DNA from: Callorhinchus milii
Taxonomy: Eukaryota
DNA length: 64,000 nt
Assembly (NCBI RefSeq): GCF_018977255.1
Contig: NW_024704742.1
Coordinates: 104,286,001 to 104,350,000, forward strand
Direction of reading: 5' to 3'
A program made the translations under genes and the position numbers. Positions 13,093 through 26,239 of the stretch are shown piece by piece. The notes below the pieces were generated by a model. That model searched no databases, was not told the origin of the DNA, and saw nothing but the letters and a program-made list of their open reading frames with translations. Every line of letters begins with the position of its first letter. Positions within the stretch are counted from its first letter, which is position 1.

Positions 13093-13768
13093 CCTGAGGT
13101 TTACTGCTGAAACTCTGGTCCACGCCTTTATCACCTCAAGGCTGGACTATGGGAACTCTCTCCTCGCCGGCCTTCCCGGCACCTCCCTCCACAAGCTGCA
13201 GGTCATTCAGAACTCTGCAGCTCGTGTACGTCCCGCACCAGGCTTCGCGACCACATCACTCCCACCCTCGCTCGCCTCCACTGGCTCCCCATCCCTCAGA
13301 GGATCGAATTCAAGATCCTCATCCTCACCTACAAGGCCATTCACGGCCTTGCTCCCTTCTACCTCTCCAACCTACTATCCCCCTATCTACCTGCCTGTAC
13401 CCTCCATTCCTCTGGCTCCGGTCTGCTCCACATCCCCGCCCCAACCGCCCTACCATCGGTGGTCGGGCCTTCAGCCTCTCAGCCCTGGGCTCTGGAACTC
13501 CATCCCCCAGTGCCTTCGCCGCCTCCTCCCTTTCCTCCTTCAAGGCCGGTCTCAAGACCTTTCTCTTTGACTGTGCCTTCAGCTCCCCTCTCGACTCTCT
13601 ACCCCCTCCTCGCCCCCTCCCTTCCCTCCCCTCACCCTGACCATTTCCCCTCTCCTCGCTCCCTCCCATTCTCCCCCCCCAAAGCTCGGGTCCTGACCTA
13701 ACTCTCCAGCGCTTTGGGACGTCCTCCCGACATGAAAGGCGCTCTATAAATGGAATCTTGTTGTTGTT
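13093..13768 (+). mobile_element. L2 LINE 3' fragment
   Basis: AETLVHAFITSRLDYGNSLLAGLP...LQVIQNSAARV motif; (TTG)n tail. Confidence 0.92.
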
Positions 13769-14800
13769 GAGGTTCACCAATCACTATTCTGCAAATTTTA
13801 GAAGTCAATATTTGCAAAAGAGATTCACAATTAAAGCATCAAAACCAGTTTGCAAATACTGTATTGCATTCAAAACCTCAACATCAGTATTTGAATTCAG
13901 TATCTGCACTATTATTTCTAGACTTTTCAGATTTGTGCAAAATGACTTAATTTTGTCATGCAGTAGCTACTCATCCCTAATTGACAATTTTATTCTATTT
14001 GCATTTCTCTTTTTGCCCTGAACCACAGAATCTCTTCCTGTTGCTTGATTAGCAATAACTGTAATAACTAATTATGAACAACATTTATTTACATTTAAAT
14101 AGCGCCTTTCATGTCAGGAGGACGTCTCAAAAGGGTTTCACATCACTGACTGGGGGCTGTGAGTGAGGGGGGAGCTGGGGAGGGGCGCAAGGTGGCCAAA
14201 AGTTTGGTCAAAAAGATAGGTCTTGAGGCAGGTTTGGAGGGAGAGAGGGATGTAATGATGGATGGATGGATGTCCAGGGAACAGAGGCAGAATGTCTGAA
14301 AACTCAACCACCGATGAAGGAGTCGATCGAACAGGGAACGTGAAGCAGGTCAGTGTTTTCTGAAGGGATGGAACAGCTGGGGCAGCTCCATTTGCATATT
14401 CTCCCAAATAATAATAAAAATCCTTGCATTTGATATCGCGCCTTATCATGTCTTCGAGACATCAAGTCCTTCTCTAAATTTACTGTAAAATGAATTGACT
14501 GTATATTTTGTGGGCGAAACGGCAATTGCCCACAACAGTGTCCCACAAGCAGTCGTGAATTAAGTGACCAAATTATTATTTATTTATTTATTGAAGGGAT
14601 TATTATCCCCGGAAAAGTGATCCTTCAATCGACTGACCTGTCCCTTTCCTCTCTGCTCCTTGTAAATACACTTTCTCATTGTACTCCACTTGACTCTGAG
14701 CCCTTCTCTTGGGCTCTACATAACTGAGCACAGTAGATCTGTTGCCACAGGTCAAGAGGTTAAGCAAGCTGATTTACAAGTTCCTTCCATCTCTACTTAG

Positions 14801-14884
14801 CTCTAAGGTAACAAAACCGGAATGTAGTCCAGAGGCACGACAACAGAGAAGCAACGCTCCGTGGGAAGAAAACGGTCCCCAAAG
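14801..14884 (+). CDS. EPB41L4A: EPB41L4A coding exon
   Basis: acttag|CTCT...CAAAG|gtagga. Translates SKVTKPECSPEARQQRSNAPWEENGPQS; human has APWEENGPQS. Confidence 0.92.
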
Positions 14885-15189
14885 GTAGGAAAAGCTTTCA
14901 TTAACACTTTCCAGTATGTTAACCCTCCGTGGAGCAAACCTTCATCTGCTTAGTCCAGCCATCAATTAAATTACTCGTTGGTTTCTTAACCACTAATTTC
15001 AATGAGTCAGCAGAATCGTACTACAAGCTTTAACTATTACAATAATGTTTCTCCCCTTTCCTGGCATCGCTACAGTTTTTTCTTCTATAAGTGCAGCTCC
15101 TGGGCACCAAATTTGACCCAGAAAGAGCTGCCCAGCACCCACATTTCAGCCACGTTTGACCAACCAAGATACTTGTTTGCCCACCGCAC

Positions 15190-15560
15190 CTTCAAAAGGG
15201 CATGAATGTGTTGAAGAGAGTTGAAAGACAAGTGAGGATGATCCAAGGGTTTAGAGCTCTGATTTATGAGGTGAGGCTTATAGATGTGAATGTGATCTGA
15301 TTGGAGAAAAGACAAGCGAGGGAGGATGTGGTCCAGCACCTTATAATGTGAGAGGCACAGCTGATACAGACGTAAAGCAGGCTGTTTGACTTAGACTGCT
15401 CTAGCACACTAAAGGAAATACATTTAACATTAACAAGTCTCAAACAAGGATGTTTAGAGCAGTGGGATACAGTATGTGGAACAGACTTTCAAGAAACAGC
15501 AGTTGGTATTTTGTCAATTAACTCCTCCAAATAAACAGTATTGAAAAATAACAGAGTCAT
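15190..15560 (+). mobile_element. Old degraded CR1 LINE 3' fragment
   Basis: Degenerate CR1-like segments (ATGATCCAAGGGTTTAGAG...TTATGAG, TGGAAC, AACTCCTCCAAA). Confidence 0.45.
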
Positions 15561-16652
15561 ATGAACAAATACTGCACAGGACGCAATGATTTCTGGGCTG
15601 TTGGAGGGAGGGGTGAAGAGGTAGGGATGGATCCATATTTGGGAGTTTTAATTGAATTACCTTTGGGGATCAGAGAGTTCTGTGCTAGGGGATGTCAAAC
15701 TCATTCAGCTGTCAGGGCCAGGTAAGTTGGATTACACCAGGGTTGGATTTGAACCCAGTTCTTTATGATTGATTGACAGGTAGTGATTAAAACTGGAGCA
15801 TTTGTCAGTGTATTGTATGGACAATGCTTCTTCATTGCTCACCTGACTTGTTACTGCCCTCTCTCCCCTCTTTCAAGTCCCGCCTGAAAACTTTCCTGTT
15901 CGACCGTGCTTATGGCCACCTTCCCCCTCCCCCTGGCTTGGAGTCAGGTTCCGCCACTGTTAAGCTCTCTGAGACGCTACCCTGCTTGGAGGACGCTATA
16001 TAAGTGCAAGTTGTTGTTGTTTTACTGAAATAGTTTAGCTGGTTTAATCCCAAAGCTCTTGAAACACATTAAATTGCACAGTTGTCTGGGCCCGATCCTG
16101 GTCAACCACAAAACATTGTTTTGCAATCAACGGGACAAATCAGGTCTGAGATCTGGATTCAGGTCAGATCTTGACACAAAGCCACAGCTCAAAATGTTGT
16201 GGTAGCGCTGTGGGATTAACAACAATTGAGGGATATTGACAAAGATATCCTATTGTTTGGCAAGCCTCCTCATCATCCTTTCTTTTCTCTTCATCCTCCA
16301 TCTGTCTTTTCTTTTCCTCTGCTTTACTTTCTTTACCTTATTTACTTTCTTTATGTTGCATTTGCAAAAGTAACTTCTCGGCAGTCCCCCCAAATTTCTC
16401 CAGATGCTGAGAAGCATTCCCTTGCTTACTTTTCTTTAAACTTTCCTCGTGCCTGCATTCACTTTCAGTCACCCAGTCATTAAATGCGGATATGTGAGCC
16501 TGCATATCATGCCTACATTCCCACAGCGCCTTGTGCAACTCACTCTGTACCCGAGACATGTTTGGCTTCAAAATTCTAAAAGTTCCTGCCACAGGTTTTA
16601 CGCAAACCTTTCTTACCTACTTTTCATTCACAACAGTATTATTTTCTTTCAG

Positions 16653-16766
16653 TGGGATGTACATTTCTCCAAATGAACGTAACAAATCACCAAAATTCCC
16701 TCACCCCAGGCGGCGGACTCCTTCTGGCGGAAGTGACAATGAATCAGGACAGCCTGGGAGACGACG
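16653..16766 (+). CDS. EPB41L4A: EPB41L4A coding exon
   Basis: tttcag|TGGG...GACG|gtaaaa. Translates [38 protein letters not shown]. Confidence 0.92.
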
Positions 16767-17445
16767 GTAAAATGATCAGTCAAACCTGGTTTAGCATTTA
16801 TTTCAATGATCAATAATTAGAAGCGATTGGTTGTACTCTGATGCTAGAGGTCTGATGCTTCGTGAGTCATTCTAAGTGAACATTATAACTAAGTGAGCAA
16901 TGCATTATAGAGCCTACTATCTGCACTATTTGGGACCATTGCCACTACGGACAGAAAATAATTGACTATTATTCCATGTTTCCGGCATTACACTATAGTG
17001 TAACTGTGACTATAGTGTACACTATTAGAGTTACACAGTTCACAAGGTACCAGAGGTACACTGTGAGTAGAATGGGTAAACAACATATTTGGGTACAGAA
17101 TTAGCTTCTTACAAATACTTGTTTCAAGCATTGCAGATTAAATCCTACCATCCCCACCGTGGACCAAGTGTCGATCAGAACTGAGAACTGTTGATTAGAG
17201 GAAGCAGTGTGGGAGAGTAGGTGTAAGTGAAGAACTCTGGACTGTAATTTCAAAGGGTGGTGTTTGTGACCTCTCTTGCTGAACAAGCTATGCTTAGACA
17301 TAAACCCATGTAAGCCTTGTATGAAGCAAAGGTTTGTTCTGGGAGGCAGAAGTGCAACTGCCTAGGTCATTAACTACTGCAGTTATTTGATGTCGAAATA
17401 ATAAAAACAGATGCCATCTGATGTTAACTTTTGTAACCTAAACAG

Positions 17446-17496
17446 GAAAAGCCAACACAATGGTGAGGATACTGATCCAAAGCAACAGAGGAGAAG
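17446..17496 (+). CDS. EPB41L4A: EPB41L4A coding exon
   Basis: aaacag|GAAA...GAAG|gtatgt. Translates KSQHNGEDTDPKQQRRR; human has KAHNSGEDSDLKQRRR. Confidence 0.88.
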
Positions 17497-17744
17497 GTAT
17501 GTTATTTAAAGAATGGTCTTCGAGTGCACAAAATGTGCGGAAATGTGTGCAGAGCAAAGCAAAGGCTTAACTAATTTGCTCACAGTTGTTCAAATCTGTT
17601 TACATTTTCTAAGGGAAGCTAAATCTATTTAAAACATGATTTACAAATAAAGTCTATTAATTTCAAAAATACATTTGAACTCTTATAAAGTCTTTAGGTC
17701 TCTTACAAAGTCTCTTTTTAACACTTTAGCCTCCACCAGTAATA

Positions 17745-18060
17745 ACAACGACAACAAATTACATTTGTACAGCACCTTTCACGTCGGTCGGTAGGACGTC
17801 CCAAGGCACTGGACAGTCAGGGATTTGGACCCGAACAGAGGGTTGGATTGGGAGGGGTGGAGACCAGGGAGGGTAGGGTTAGGAATGTGACTGAAGGTGA
17901 GGTCGAAGGAGAGGGTCTTGAGGTGTGCCTTGAAAGAGGCAAGGGAGGGAGCAAGACAAAGTGATTGTGGGATGGAGAGAGGGATATAGAGGCTGAAGGC
18001 CTGGTAGGGTGGGGGATGTGGAGCAGGCTGTTGAGCGGAGGGAGCAGACTGGTTGATATA
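17745..18060 (-). mobile_element. L2 LINE 3' end
   Basis: Reverse complement of the L2 tail hairpin and 3' region. Confidence 0.75.
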
Positions 18061-18765
18061 ATACTATTTAATTGTCAAGAAGCCTGCTGGCCCAATATTT
18101 CTCATGAACTTATAGAGTTTACAATAACCCATGAAGTACTTTGAGATATTCTCCTGACATGAAAGGCGCTACATTAAAAGTAAAGATTATTATTTTATTA
18201 TTATTTAGCCTTAAGGTCATGCAGTTTTTGAAAATGCTGAAATCCACTTTATTTGAAAACCTTTTTAATAATTACACAAAAAACGACTTTTAAAGTAGAA
18301 TTTAAGATTTTTCTTAACTTTCAAGGCAATGATTTTAAGGCTGAGCCCATAAATATGTTTGGGCCTCTTGATGGATAAGAGAAACTCAGGAAATTAGGGG
18401 TTAGCAAAGCTTTTGACACACTGCCACACAGGAGATTAGTTCACAAGGGCGGAAGACACATAATAGGAGGAAAGTTTCCAAAGTGGATTGAAAACTGTCT
18501 GAATCAGAGGAAGCCAGGAATATTATTATACATTAAGCTGCGACAGTGTGGAATGAGGTGACTGGTGGATATCTTGGGATCAGCATTAGGATTGTTTACA
18601 GTGCTAATAACACACAGAACTGCTTGTCCCAGGGAGACAGGAGGTTCTAAGGTTCAAAGTTCATCCAGACTCACATCCGCCAATGAAAGCAGAATCCATC
18701 CCTGTGTACTGGTCTTATCCTTCTCTTAAACCTAGTATTTCACGTCTTATGTGCTTTTTCCTCAG

Positions 18766-18843
18766 GTCTCGATCCCGTGGGAACACCAGTGGCAGCGGGA
18801 GTGAGTCTGAAAATTCCAGTAGAGAGCGTAAAAGAAGAAACAG
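18766..18843 (+). CDS. EPB41L4A: EPB41L4A coding exon
   Basis: cctcag|GTCT...ACAG|gtacac. Translates SRSRGNTSGSGSESENSSRERKRRNR. Confidence 0.92.
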
Positions 18844-18912
18844 GTACACAGGCATTAGAAAGAATATACATATACACACATATATATATGGATACAGGGA
18901 AAGGGTAGACAA

Positions 18913-19215
18913 ATAATAATAATAATAATCCTTGCATTTGATATAGCGCTTTTCACGGTGGGAGGACGTCCAAAGCGCTTCACAAAACACACTGTAAAGT
19001 GAATTGACTGTATATTTGTGGGCGAATGCGGCAGCCAATTGCACACAGCAATATCCCACAAACAGTCGTAGATTGAAAATGACCAATTTATTATTGTTTT
19101 TGGTTTTGGAGGGATTATTATTAGGCTCTGTGTGGAGTAAGGAAACTTGCCCAAGGTTTCGCTCTGCCTGGAATTGAACTCAGGTCTCTCACTTGCAAAG
19201 CGAGTGCTCTAACCT
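18913..19215 (-). mobile_element. tRNA-derived SINE with an L2-type tail and (TTA)n end
   Basis: Matches the full copies at 36479-36803 and 41407-41726. Confidence 0.88.
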
Positions 19216-19253
19216 CAAAGATGTTGTTAGTTCCAGTGAATGATTTTTAATTG

Positions 19254-19930
19254 GTCAGTTGGGTGTCTGACACATGCAGAAGCCCATCACCGTGCTTAAG
19301 AGTATCCAAACCAAGCTGAGATTTCCATACCTCCCACCTACACATGGAAATTCCAGAGACAGCCTGTTGGAATGGAATGCACACTTTCTCCTTGGAGAGA
19401 CGCATCTTGCTTACCTAATTTCAGAAAGTATTAGGCACAGTTTGGCAAGAACCAAGGTTTAGGGACCTCAGAGTGTGCATTGGGGCACTGCTGGAGGCTA
19501 ACCAGCTAAAACCAAATAGCTTGCCTTTGTTATTGCAAGCTTTCCCGCTGTTTGTCCAGCTAGGACCACCCTACCAGTTAGGGTTTTGGCTTGCAGGATT
19601 ATCAGGATCTAAGTGGGATGATTCCATGCCCCCGGTGACTGATCTGCTCTTCCATGTCGTGCCGACAAGCCAGGCTGGCTGTGAGGTCTTCAGATAGTAC
19701 CAATTCTGAAGACAATGCCTTGGGACGTCCTCCCACATGAAAGACACTATACAAATATAATTTTGCATTTTTTTGGTATTTCCTGAGCCAGGCGGATCCA
19801 CAGTATTCCTGGGCACTACTGATAATGGCACAGCTGCTCGATAGGAATTGGAAGGGAAGACCAGTCATCAGCAGTGCCCTGAAGTATTGCGGATCCACCT
19901 GGCTCAGCACATGGACTACCGAACCACCAG
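19254..19930 (-). repeat. Unclassified old A-tailed interspersed repeat
   Basis: Homologous to 21129-21590, 5205-5420, 23695-23830, 12780-12880, 37850-37960 and 61770-62140. Confidence 0.7.
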
Positions 19931-21128
19931 TTCAGCTCCAAGGAGACCCTGCTTACTTCCTNCCCCCGCCCCCAGTTTGCTCTTTCACACTAACATCTTG
20001 CAGTTTGACACGGTCAAAATTTGCACCAAAAATAAGTAAATACTTTTGGTGCCAGCAAAGTCTTAATCGCAATTACTTCCTTATCTGTCAAATTGCATTG
20101 GTTCATTTCATAGCTGTTTGTGGGACATTGCTGTGCACAAATTGGCTGCCGGACTCGCTTACAAAATACACAATCACTACATTTCAAAATAAACGTTTGA
20201 AGCTCATTGAGATGTTTTCCAATGCAAAAAGCACTGTATGAAACACAAGGATTATTATTACTGTATTTTATTGAGATCGACACAGTCTAGTCACGTGTTG
20301 AATATCAAAATCTATCCTTTCAGTGGATTAATCAAGCAAGTTACAAGGTTGGAGTAGCGATGGAAATTAGTCCTAGTCCATTAATTTACATACCAAATTT
20401 ACATGGTAATTTACATACCATGTACCATGCACTCACCATTCATTACATATATTGGATAACAAGGCAATGTGAAAAAACATACTTGTTATTTCTTTATAAT
20501 GATCCATAATATGTCATTGAGGTTTAACCTCTTATTTTATTTAGTATTGCAAGATTTTGTCAACATTTCGTTTAAAAAGCAGTGTATGGCTGTAGGAAGC
20601 AATAAAATATGGATAAAGTATATAGTAAAGGTGCTGTGAAGGATATAAACAAATTGACAGAAAATAGAAAATAGTTAATGCCATAACAATTCGCTAAATT
20701 GGTGATTTAGGTTCCTCATATTTTACTACAGTAACAATCCACATCCTTCAGTCAATAGCTATTCTAATTCAAATGCTATTTTTCCAACTGGCACTAAAGT
20801 AAGTGCTAAAATTACTAACAGCCTGAAAATGTGCTCCTTTGTTCTTTTTGTTCCCTCTTCCCCACTCTGTTCCCTCTTCTGTGTAATACCTTAAGATGTC
20901 CAGAAGGGGGCACACCTCGATCAGATATCATCAGAGCAGCAAGCATTTGGGTAACACATGTCTGAGAGAATGTTTGACATTATCTATGTCCCACAGAGCT
21001 GTCCATTTGCTTTTATTGGGAGTGATTTTCACAGTGACATTGCTAATTTTTTAACCATTCATAATTTCGATTTTTCAAAAACAGATAAGAGAAATATTAG
21101 AGCACAAGGTTGCACAATTTTTTTTTTT

Positions 21129-21590
21129 GGTCAGCCGGGTGTCTGACACATGCGGAAAAAGTATGCTTAAGAGTATCGAAACCAAGCTAAGATTTACATG
21201 TATCCCACCTACACATAGGAATTCCGGAGCTAGACTGTCTCTCACTGGAGGGACACATCCTGTTTACTTAATTCCGGAAAGTTTTAGGCACAGGTTGGCA
21301 AGAGCCAAGTCTTGGGGACCCCAGAGTGTGCGTTGGGGTACTGCTGGAGTCTAACCAGCTAAAACCGCATAGCTTGCCATTGATATTGCTGTCCGCCAGC
21401 TTTCCCGTTGCTTATCCAGCCAGGACCACTGTTAGGACCACAGGAGCTGAGTGGGATGATTCCTTGCCTCCAGTGAATGGTCTGCCCTTCCAGGTCGTGC
21501 CGATGAGCCAGACTGGCTGTGCTGTCATCAGCAGTATCTTGGAATACTGCAAACCCACCTGGCTCAGGGACTGGACTGTCAAGACCGCCA
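21129..21590 (-). repeat. Unclassified old A-tailed interspersed repeat, best-preserved copy
   Basis: Ends ...GCATGTGTCAGACACCCGGCTGACC followed by an A run on the - strand. Confidence 0.7.
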
Positions 21591-22185
21591 CAGATGGCTG
21601 GCTAGATTCCGACATCACGTTGCGAGGCATGTTACCTTGGAGCAAGTTCAACTCCAAGGGCATCCCGCTTTCCCAAACCCCAAGGAGGATCCATCTGCAA
21701 AATTAGTGTGTAATCTGTGAAATCTACACAATCTACTGAATAGAAAAGAACCTGATATTTTGAATTTTTTAAAGAAAATACTGAGAACTACTGTGGGCAT
21801 TTGCCCACAAAACACACAGTCACTACACTTTACAGTCTATCCAGTCTACGGTATAATGCCTTTCATTTCCTCATGAAATGAAAGGCGTGATACTAAATGT
21901 AAAAATTGGTATAAAGTGCTGGAGAATTATTTTAACAGTTCCTTGGAGTTTTTAATGATTCAATACTACACATCACTCGTAAAAAAAAAAGGCTCCAGTT
22001 TTAGCACCTAGAACCTTACATAAGGAGTCTTGCTCTAACCAGGATATCCCTCAGTGGATTTTGTAAATTTTCAATAGTTTCAGCTGCCTCATGTCTTCAA
22101 GGCCTATGCCTGCAGTTTCCTCATATTTTAGTGTTGTTTTAAAATTCTGGTGTAACCAGTGTTTCTTTTTTATTTCATTGCACAG

Positions 22186-22305
22186 GTCACGCCAGGAGAA
22201 TGAGATGGTGGACTCTGCCCCTCAGTGGGAACAAGTGCTGAGGAGGCAAAAGGAACGGTCACTGGCTGACCCCAACCACAGACGTTCAAAGCATAGATCA
22301 CGATC
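22186..22305 (+). CDS. EPB41L4A: EPB41L4A coding exon
   Basis: gcacag|GTCA...GATC|gtacgt. Translates [40 protein letters not shown]. Confidence 0.94.
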
Positions 22306-22811
22306 GTACGTGTTTTGTCTCCACTCTCCCTCCCTCCCTCGATTCATTTATTTATTGGGAAATCTAGTGGAGGGTCATTGCAAACACTGTCTGGCAAGCA
22401 TCCCACTGCTTGTTCAGCTAGGACCATCCTACCCATTGGGTTGGGGTTAACAGATGCCGAGTGGGAGGAATCATTGACCTAGAGACTGATCTACTCTCCC
22501 AATGCCTGCTGATTAAATCTGTTAATCCAGGCTGCCTGGTCAGTCTACTGGAGATCATGATACAGTATGTCATCATGGCAGAGAAAAATGGATCAGTCAA
22601 AAAGTGGTGAGGTACAACTAAACTTGGGTTTTAAAAGTGTGTAGAATGTATGAGTGAGTGAAGACTGAGGAAAGGAGGACTGTCAACTTCTGCCAAATTG
22701 TGTAGTTTTAGCGCTGCGGATTGATGTCCTCGGTTTAAACTCACCCTCACCCAGGAACTGTGTGGTCACCAACTCATATGTTCCATGAACATAATTTCTG
22801 TTTTTCTGCAG

Positions 22812-22859
22812 AAGAAGTCCAGACGTGCAGGCAAAGGAAGAACTATGGAAGCACATTCA
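22812..22859 (+). CDS. EPB41L4A: EPB41L4A coding exon
   Basis: ctgcag|AAGA...TTCA|gtgagt. Translates RSPDVQAKEELWKHIQ. Confidence 0.92.
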
Positions 22860-23834
22860 GTGAGTAATTAAACCGTTTTGTGCTTTATTTAGATAAAGGG
22901 GGATTTTTTTTTCACCCAAACAGGGGGTTTCAATGTCTGGAGGGAGAAACCATCATCCTAATGTTAAACACTGTTCTAAAGCTCTCATTAAGGACAGTTT
23001 CTAGTGAGTAAAGTATTCTTTAATTCTCTCCGAGATAATTAGGGATAATAACTAGTTGGGCTGAATGGCCTGTTTCCGCAGTGTCCCATTCTATGTAATG
23101 TGTTCAGAAATACCATTATTCTACTCCATTGTGTCTGTTTTTGTGCTGTGGTAGGGGTGGTTTGCACAATTTATTACGCTATAATGCAGAGTTTACTTTT
23201 GTACACGGGGGACGGGTACGGGGGTGGGGGGACAGGACTTGTATATGTGACTTATTCATTGCAACAAGTCACATATATTATATAATGTGTATTACTTCTC
23301 CTTCTACCTTAACTCCAGAAAAGGGGTTGCCAGTCTTGCAATCCATCAGCGAGCAGGTTGAAAGTACGCCTCAGTAATTTGGAGTTTGCAGGACAATTAA
23401 TCCTGTTAGTTAATCCTGTGCACTAAGTCAGTGCCAGGCTGCAAACTAGTGTATTTTACTCAGCATGAGAAGCAGACATTTATTTGCTGAAGCAATATTT
23501 TCTGGAAGACTGAAGTCTGGAAGTGAGAGAGAGGGAAAGAGTGTGAAAGTTCGGTTGGAGATGAGGTATGTAGTTTTGGACACTGAGACAGGAGAGAGAA
23601 AATTATGAGGCGGATTTGACATAAAGCAGAGCATGAATAATAGATGAAGGGTGGGATGAAGAGCAAATCCAAAAGCTGAGGGGAAATTTCCTTTGGTCAG
23701 CCAGATGCCAGACACATGTAAACCTTGCTTAAGAGTATCCAGACCAAACTACTGAGAGTTTCATATATGATTGGGGTCATTTGTCTGGAATGCAGTGCTC
23801 AGAGAGATGGACACTGTTTACCTAACCACAGAAC

Positions 23835-24345
23835 ATGCAGCTTCCCGCACTTCCTCTCCCGCACTAGGCTCCATGACCCTATCACCCCCATCCTCGCCAA
23901 CTCCACTGGCTTCCCATCACACAGAGGATACACTTCAAGATCCTGGTCCTCACAATCAAAGCCCTCCACGGCCTTGCTCCCCCCTACCTCTGCGACCTCC
24001 TAACCCCCTACCATTCTGCCCGCTCCCTCTGCTCAGCGGGCTCCAGCCTGCTTCATGTCCCCCACCTACCCGCCCCACCATTGACAGGCGGGCCTTCTGC
24101 TACTCTGCCCCCACCCTCTGGAACTCCATTCCACAGTCCCTCCACCTCGCCCCCTCGCTTGCCTCCTTCAAGACCCATCTCAAGAACCTCCTCTTTGATC
24201 GTTCTTTTGATCACCCTCCTTCCCCCCCTGCCCTCCACCCTCCCCAATCCCAACCCCCACCTTGGGTCCGAAACACTGATTGTTCAGCGCCTTGGGATGT
24301 CCTCTTGACGTGAAAGGCGATATACAAATGTAATTTTGTTGTTGT
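23835..24345 (+). mobile_element. L2 LINE 3' fragment
   Basis: RAFCYSAPTLWNSIPQSL...FKTHLK motif; tail hairpin. Confidence 0.88.
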
Positions 24346-24509
24346 AGGCGAACATGGTAGAACATCACAGTCTCTCACAAACAGCCATGGCGTGAATGAC
24401 CAATTTTATTTGGGGGATTGTTAGTCAGGACACCATTGGATAAACTCCGTCTTAGATCCTTAAATGCCCCTGTTAGGTAAAACAGACTGAGCTGTTAAAA
24501 ATACCTAGT

Positions 24510-24800
24510 TGTGGCTCCTCCAGTAGCTCAGTGAGTAAATGCATCGTTCAGTGTAGCACAAGAAAGGTCACAGTTTCACAGTTGGATTCCCTGGCTGCAC
24601 TGTTAGCTGATCTCAAGCTACAATTGGCCTCAATATGTGTAAAGCTACAGAGGAGAAAGATTAGCCAGGGTTCCTACTTTAATCATCAGCCAGTGACTCA
24701 GCTGTAAAGAGTGTAGTTGTGTGTGGGAAGTTAAGACAGCTGTGATCTTCAGCTGTGATGTTCTCAGTGTTCGACTAGTACACTGGCACTCACAGCTTGC
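24510..24800 (+). mobile_element. Old tRNA-headed SINE-like repeat of a second family; related fragments at about 9260-9500, 29940-30170 and 49230-49330
   Basis: A-box-like TAGCTCAGTGAGTAAAT head; body segments (AGCCAGGGTTC..., CAGTGAC.C.GCTG) shared between copies. Confidence 0.5.
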
Positions 24801-25316
24801 GTTACCACTTGAGTTGATGTCAGTAGTGCTCATGAAAAGAAAAGTGAAACAAATTGGCCCAAATAAATCCTGATTTGAGACCTCAATTCCATGAATTATA
24901 GTTGCTGATTTATCAGCCAATTGATGCCAGTCATCTTATTACCTTGTCTTTCTTTGACTGATGACTGTATCAAAGTACTAGAATTTAACTTTATATCTTT
25001 TGTAACCCAGAAGATATGCCATCCATCTCTTGTCTCAAGTTAACGTTTGGCTTCACAGAAGTTGAATAGCACATCACAAGCACATTGGGACGTCTTCCTG
25101 ACTATATAAATGTAAATTTGTACTGTGGAGGATATTTGCTTTCAACTTGTCCTTCCTTTGAGCACGGGTCAACTTTAATTGGGCCTCATCTGCTTGTACA
25201 GATTCATTGAGAAGCCATACTGGAGAAAACAGACTTTAATTTTTGTTACTTTAATGCTTGCACATAAATTGCTATTTTGTCATTTCTCATTTCTTGTCTT
25301 GGCTTTCATTTTCTAG

Positions 25317-25385
25317 AAAGGAACTGGTGGATCCAACTGGCTTAACAGATGCGCAGCTGAAAGAGATTCCATACACCAAAGTAGC
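25317..25385 (+). CDS. EPB41L4A: EPB41L4A coding exon
   Basis: ttctag|AAAG...TAGC|gtgagt. Translates KELVDPTGLTDAQLKEIPYTKVA. Confidence 0.93.
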
Positions 25386-25641
25386 GTGAGTTCCTTCAGT
25401 TCAATATATGATCTACATGTTAGCTGTGTGTTGGAGCCACATACACTAAAAGATATCTTATGATTTCTAAAAATACGACTAAAATTTCATGTTTTAAAAT
25501 TTAAGATTGTGTGGAATTTTGGAAACAGCCTTAAATTTGGTCTTCAGTTAGTTTTACAGTGCAGTGAATTATTAATAGTAAATTGTCTTCTAAAATCAAG
25601 ACTGGATTTAAGACTATTAGAAATTCTACATGATCTTAATT

Positions 25642-25950
25642 TAATAATAATAATCCTTGCATTTGATATAGCGCTTTTTCACATCTTCTCGACATCTCAA
25701 AGCGCTTCACAGAATAGACTGTAAAGTGAATTGACTGTATATTTGTGGGCGAAACGCGGCAGCCAATTGCGCACAGCAATGTCCCACAAACAGTCATGGA
25801 TTGAAAAATGACCAATTTATTATTGTCTTGGAGGGATTATTATTAGGCGTGAGGAGTAAGGAAACTTGCCCAAGGTTTTGCCCTGCCTGGAATTGAACCC
25901 AGGTGTCTCGCTTGCAAAGCGAGTGCTCTAACCACTGAAAGACAGGACTC
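25642..25950 (-). mobile_element. tRNA-derived SINE with an L2-type tail
   Basis: Same family as 36479-36803. Confidence 0.88.
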
Positions 25951-26239
25951 TTTTTAAGACAATGAACATGAGAAATGCTGGACTCCAGTGTTTTTTTAAA
26001 CAACACCACATATTGCTTGGTGTAGAAGTTGAATCGCGGAATTTTACATTTAAATATTATTGAACAAGCTCTTCATTTGAATTGTATTCTTATTTGTATG
26101 CAGTGAAACTGAGAGGGAGGGTAGGTGGGAAGTAAATGTTTTCCTGGTTATCGCCAGCAGTTCAGAATTGACCTTTAAACAACAACTAAGTCTCAGACAA
26201 TAATGCCAAAAGGAAACCTCAGAAAAATGGAGACAGTGG

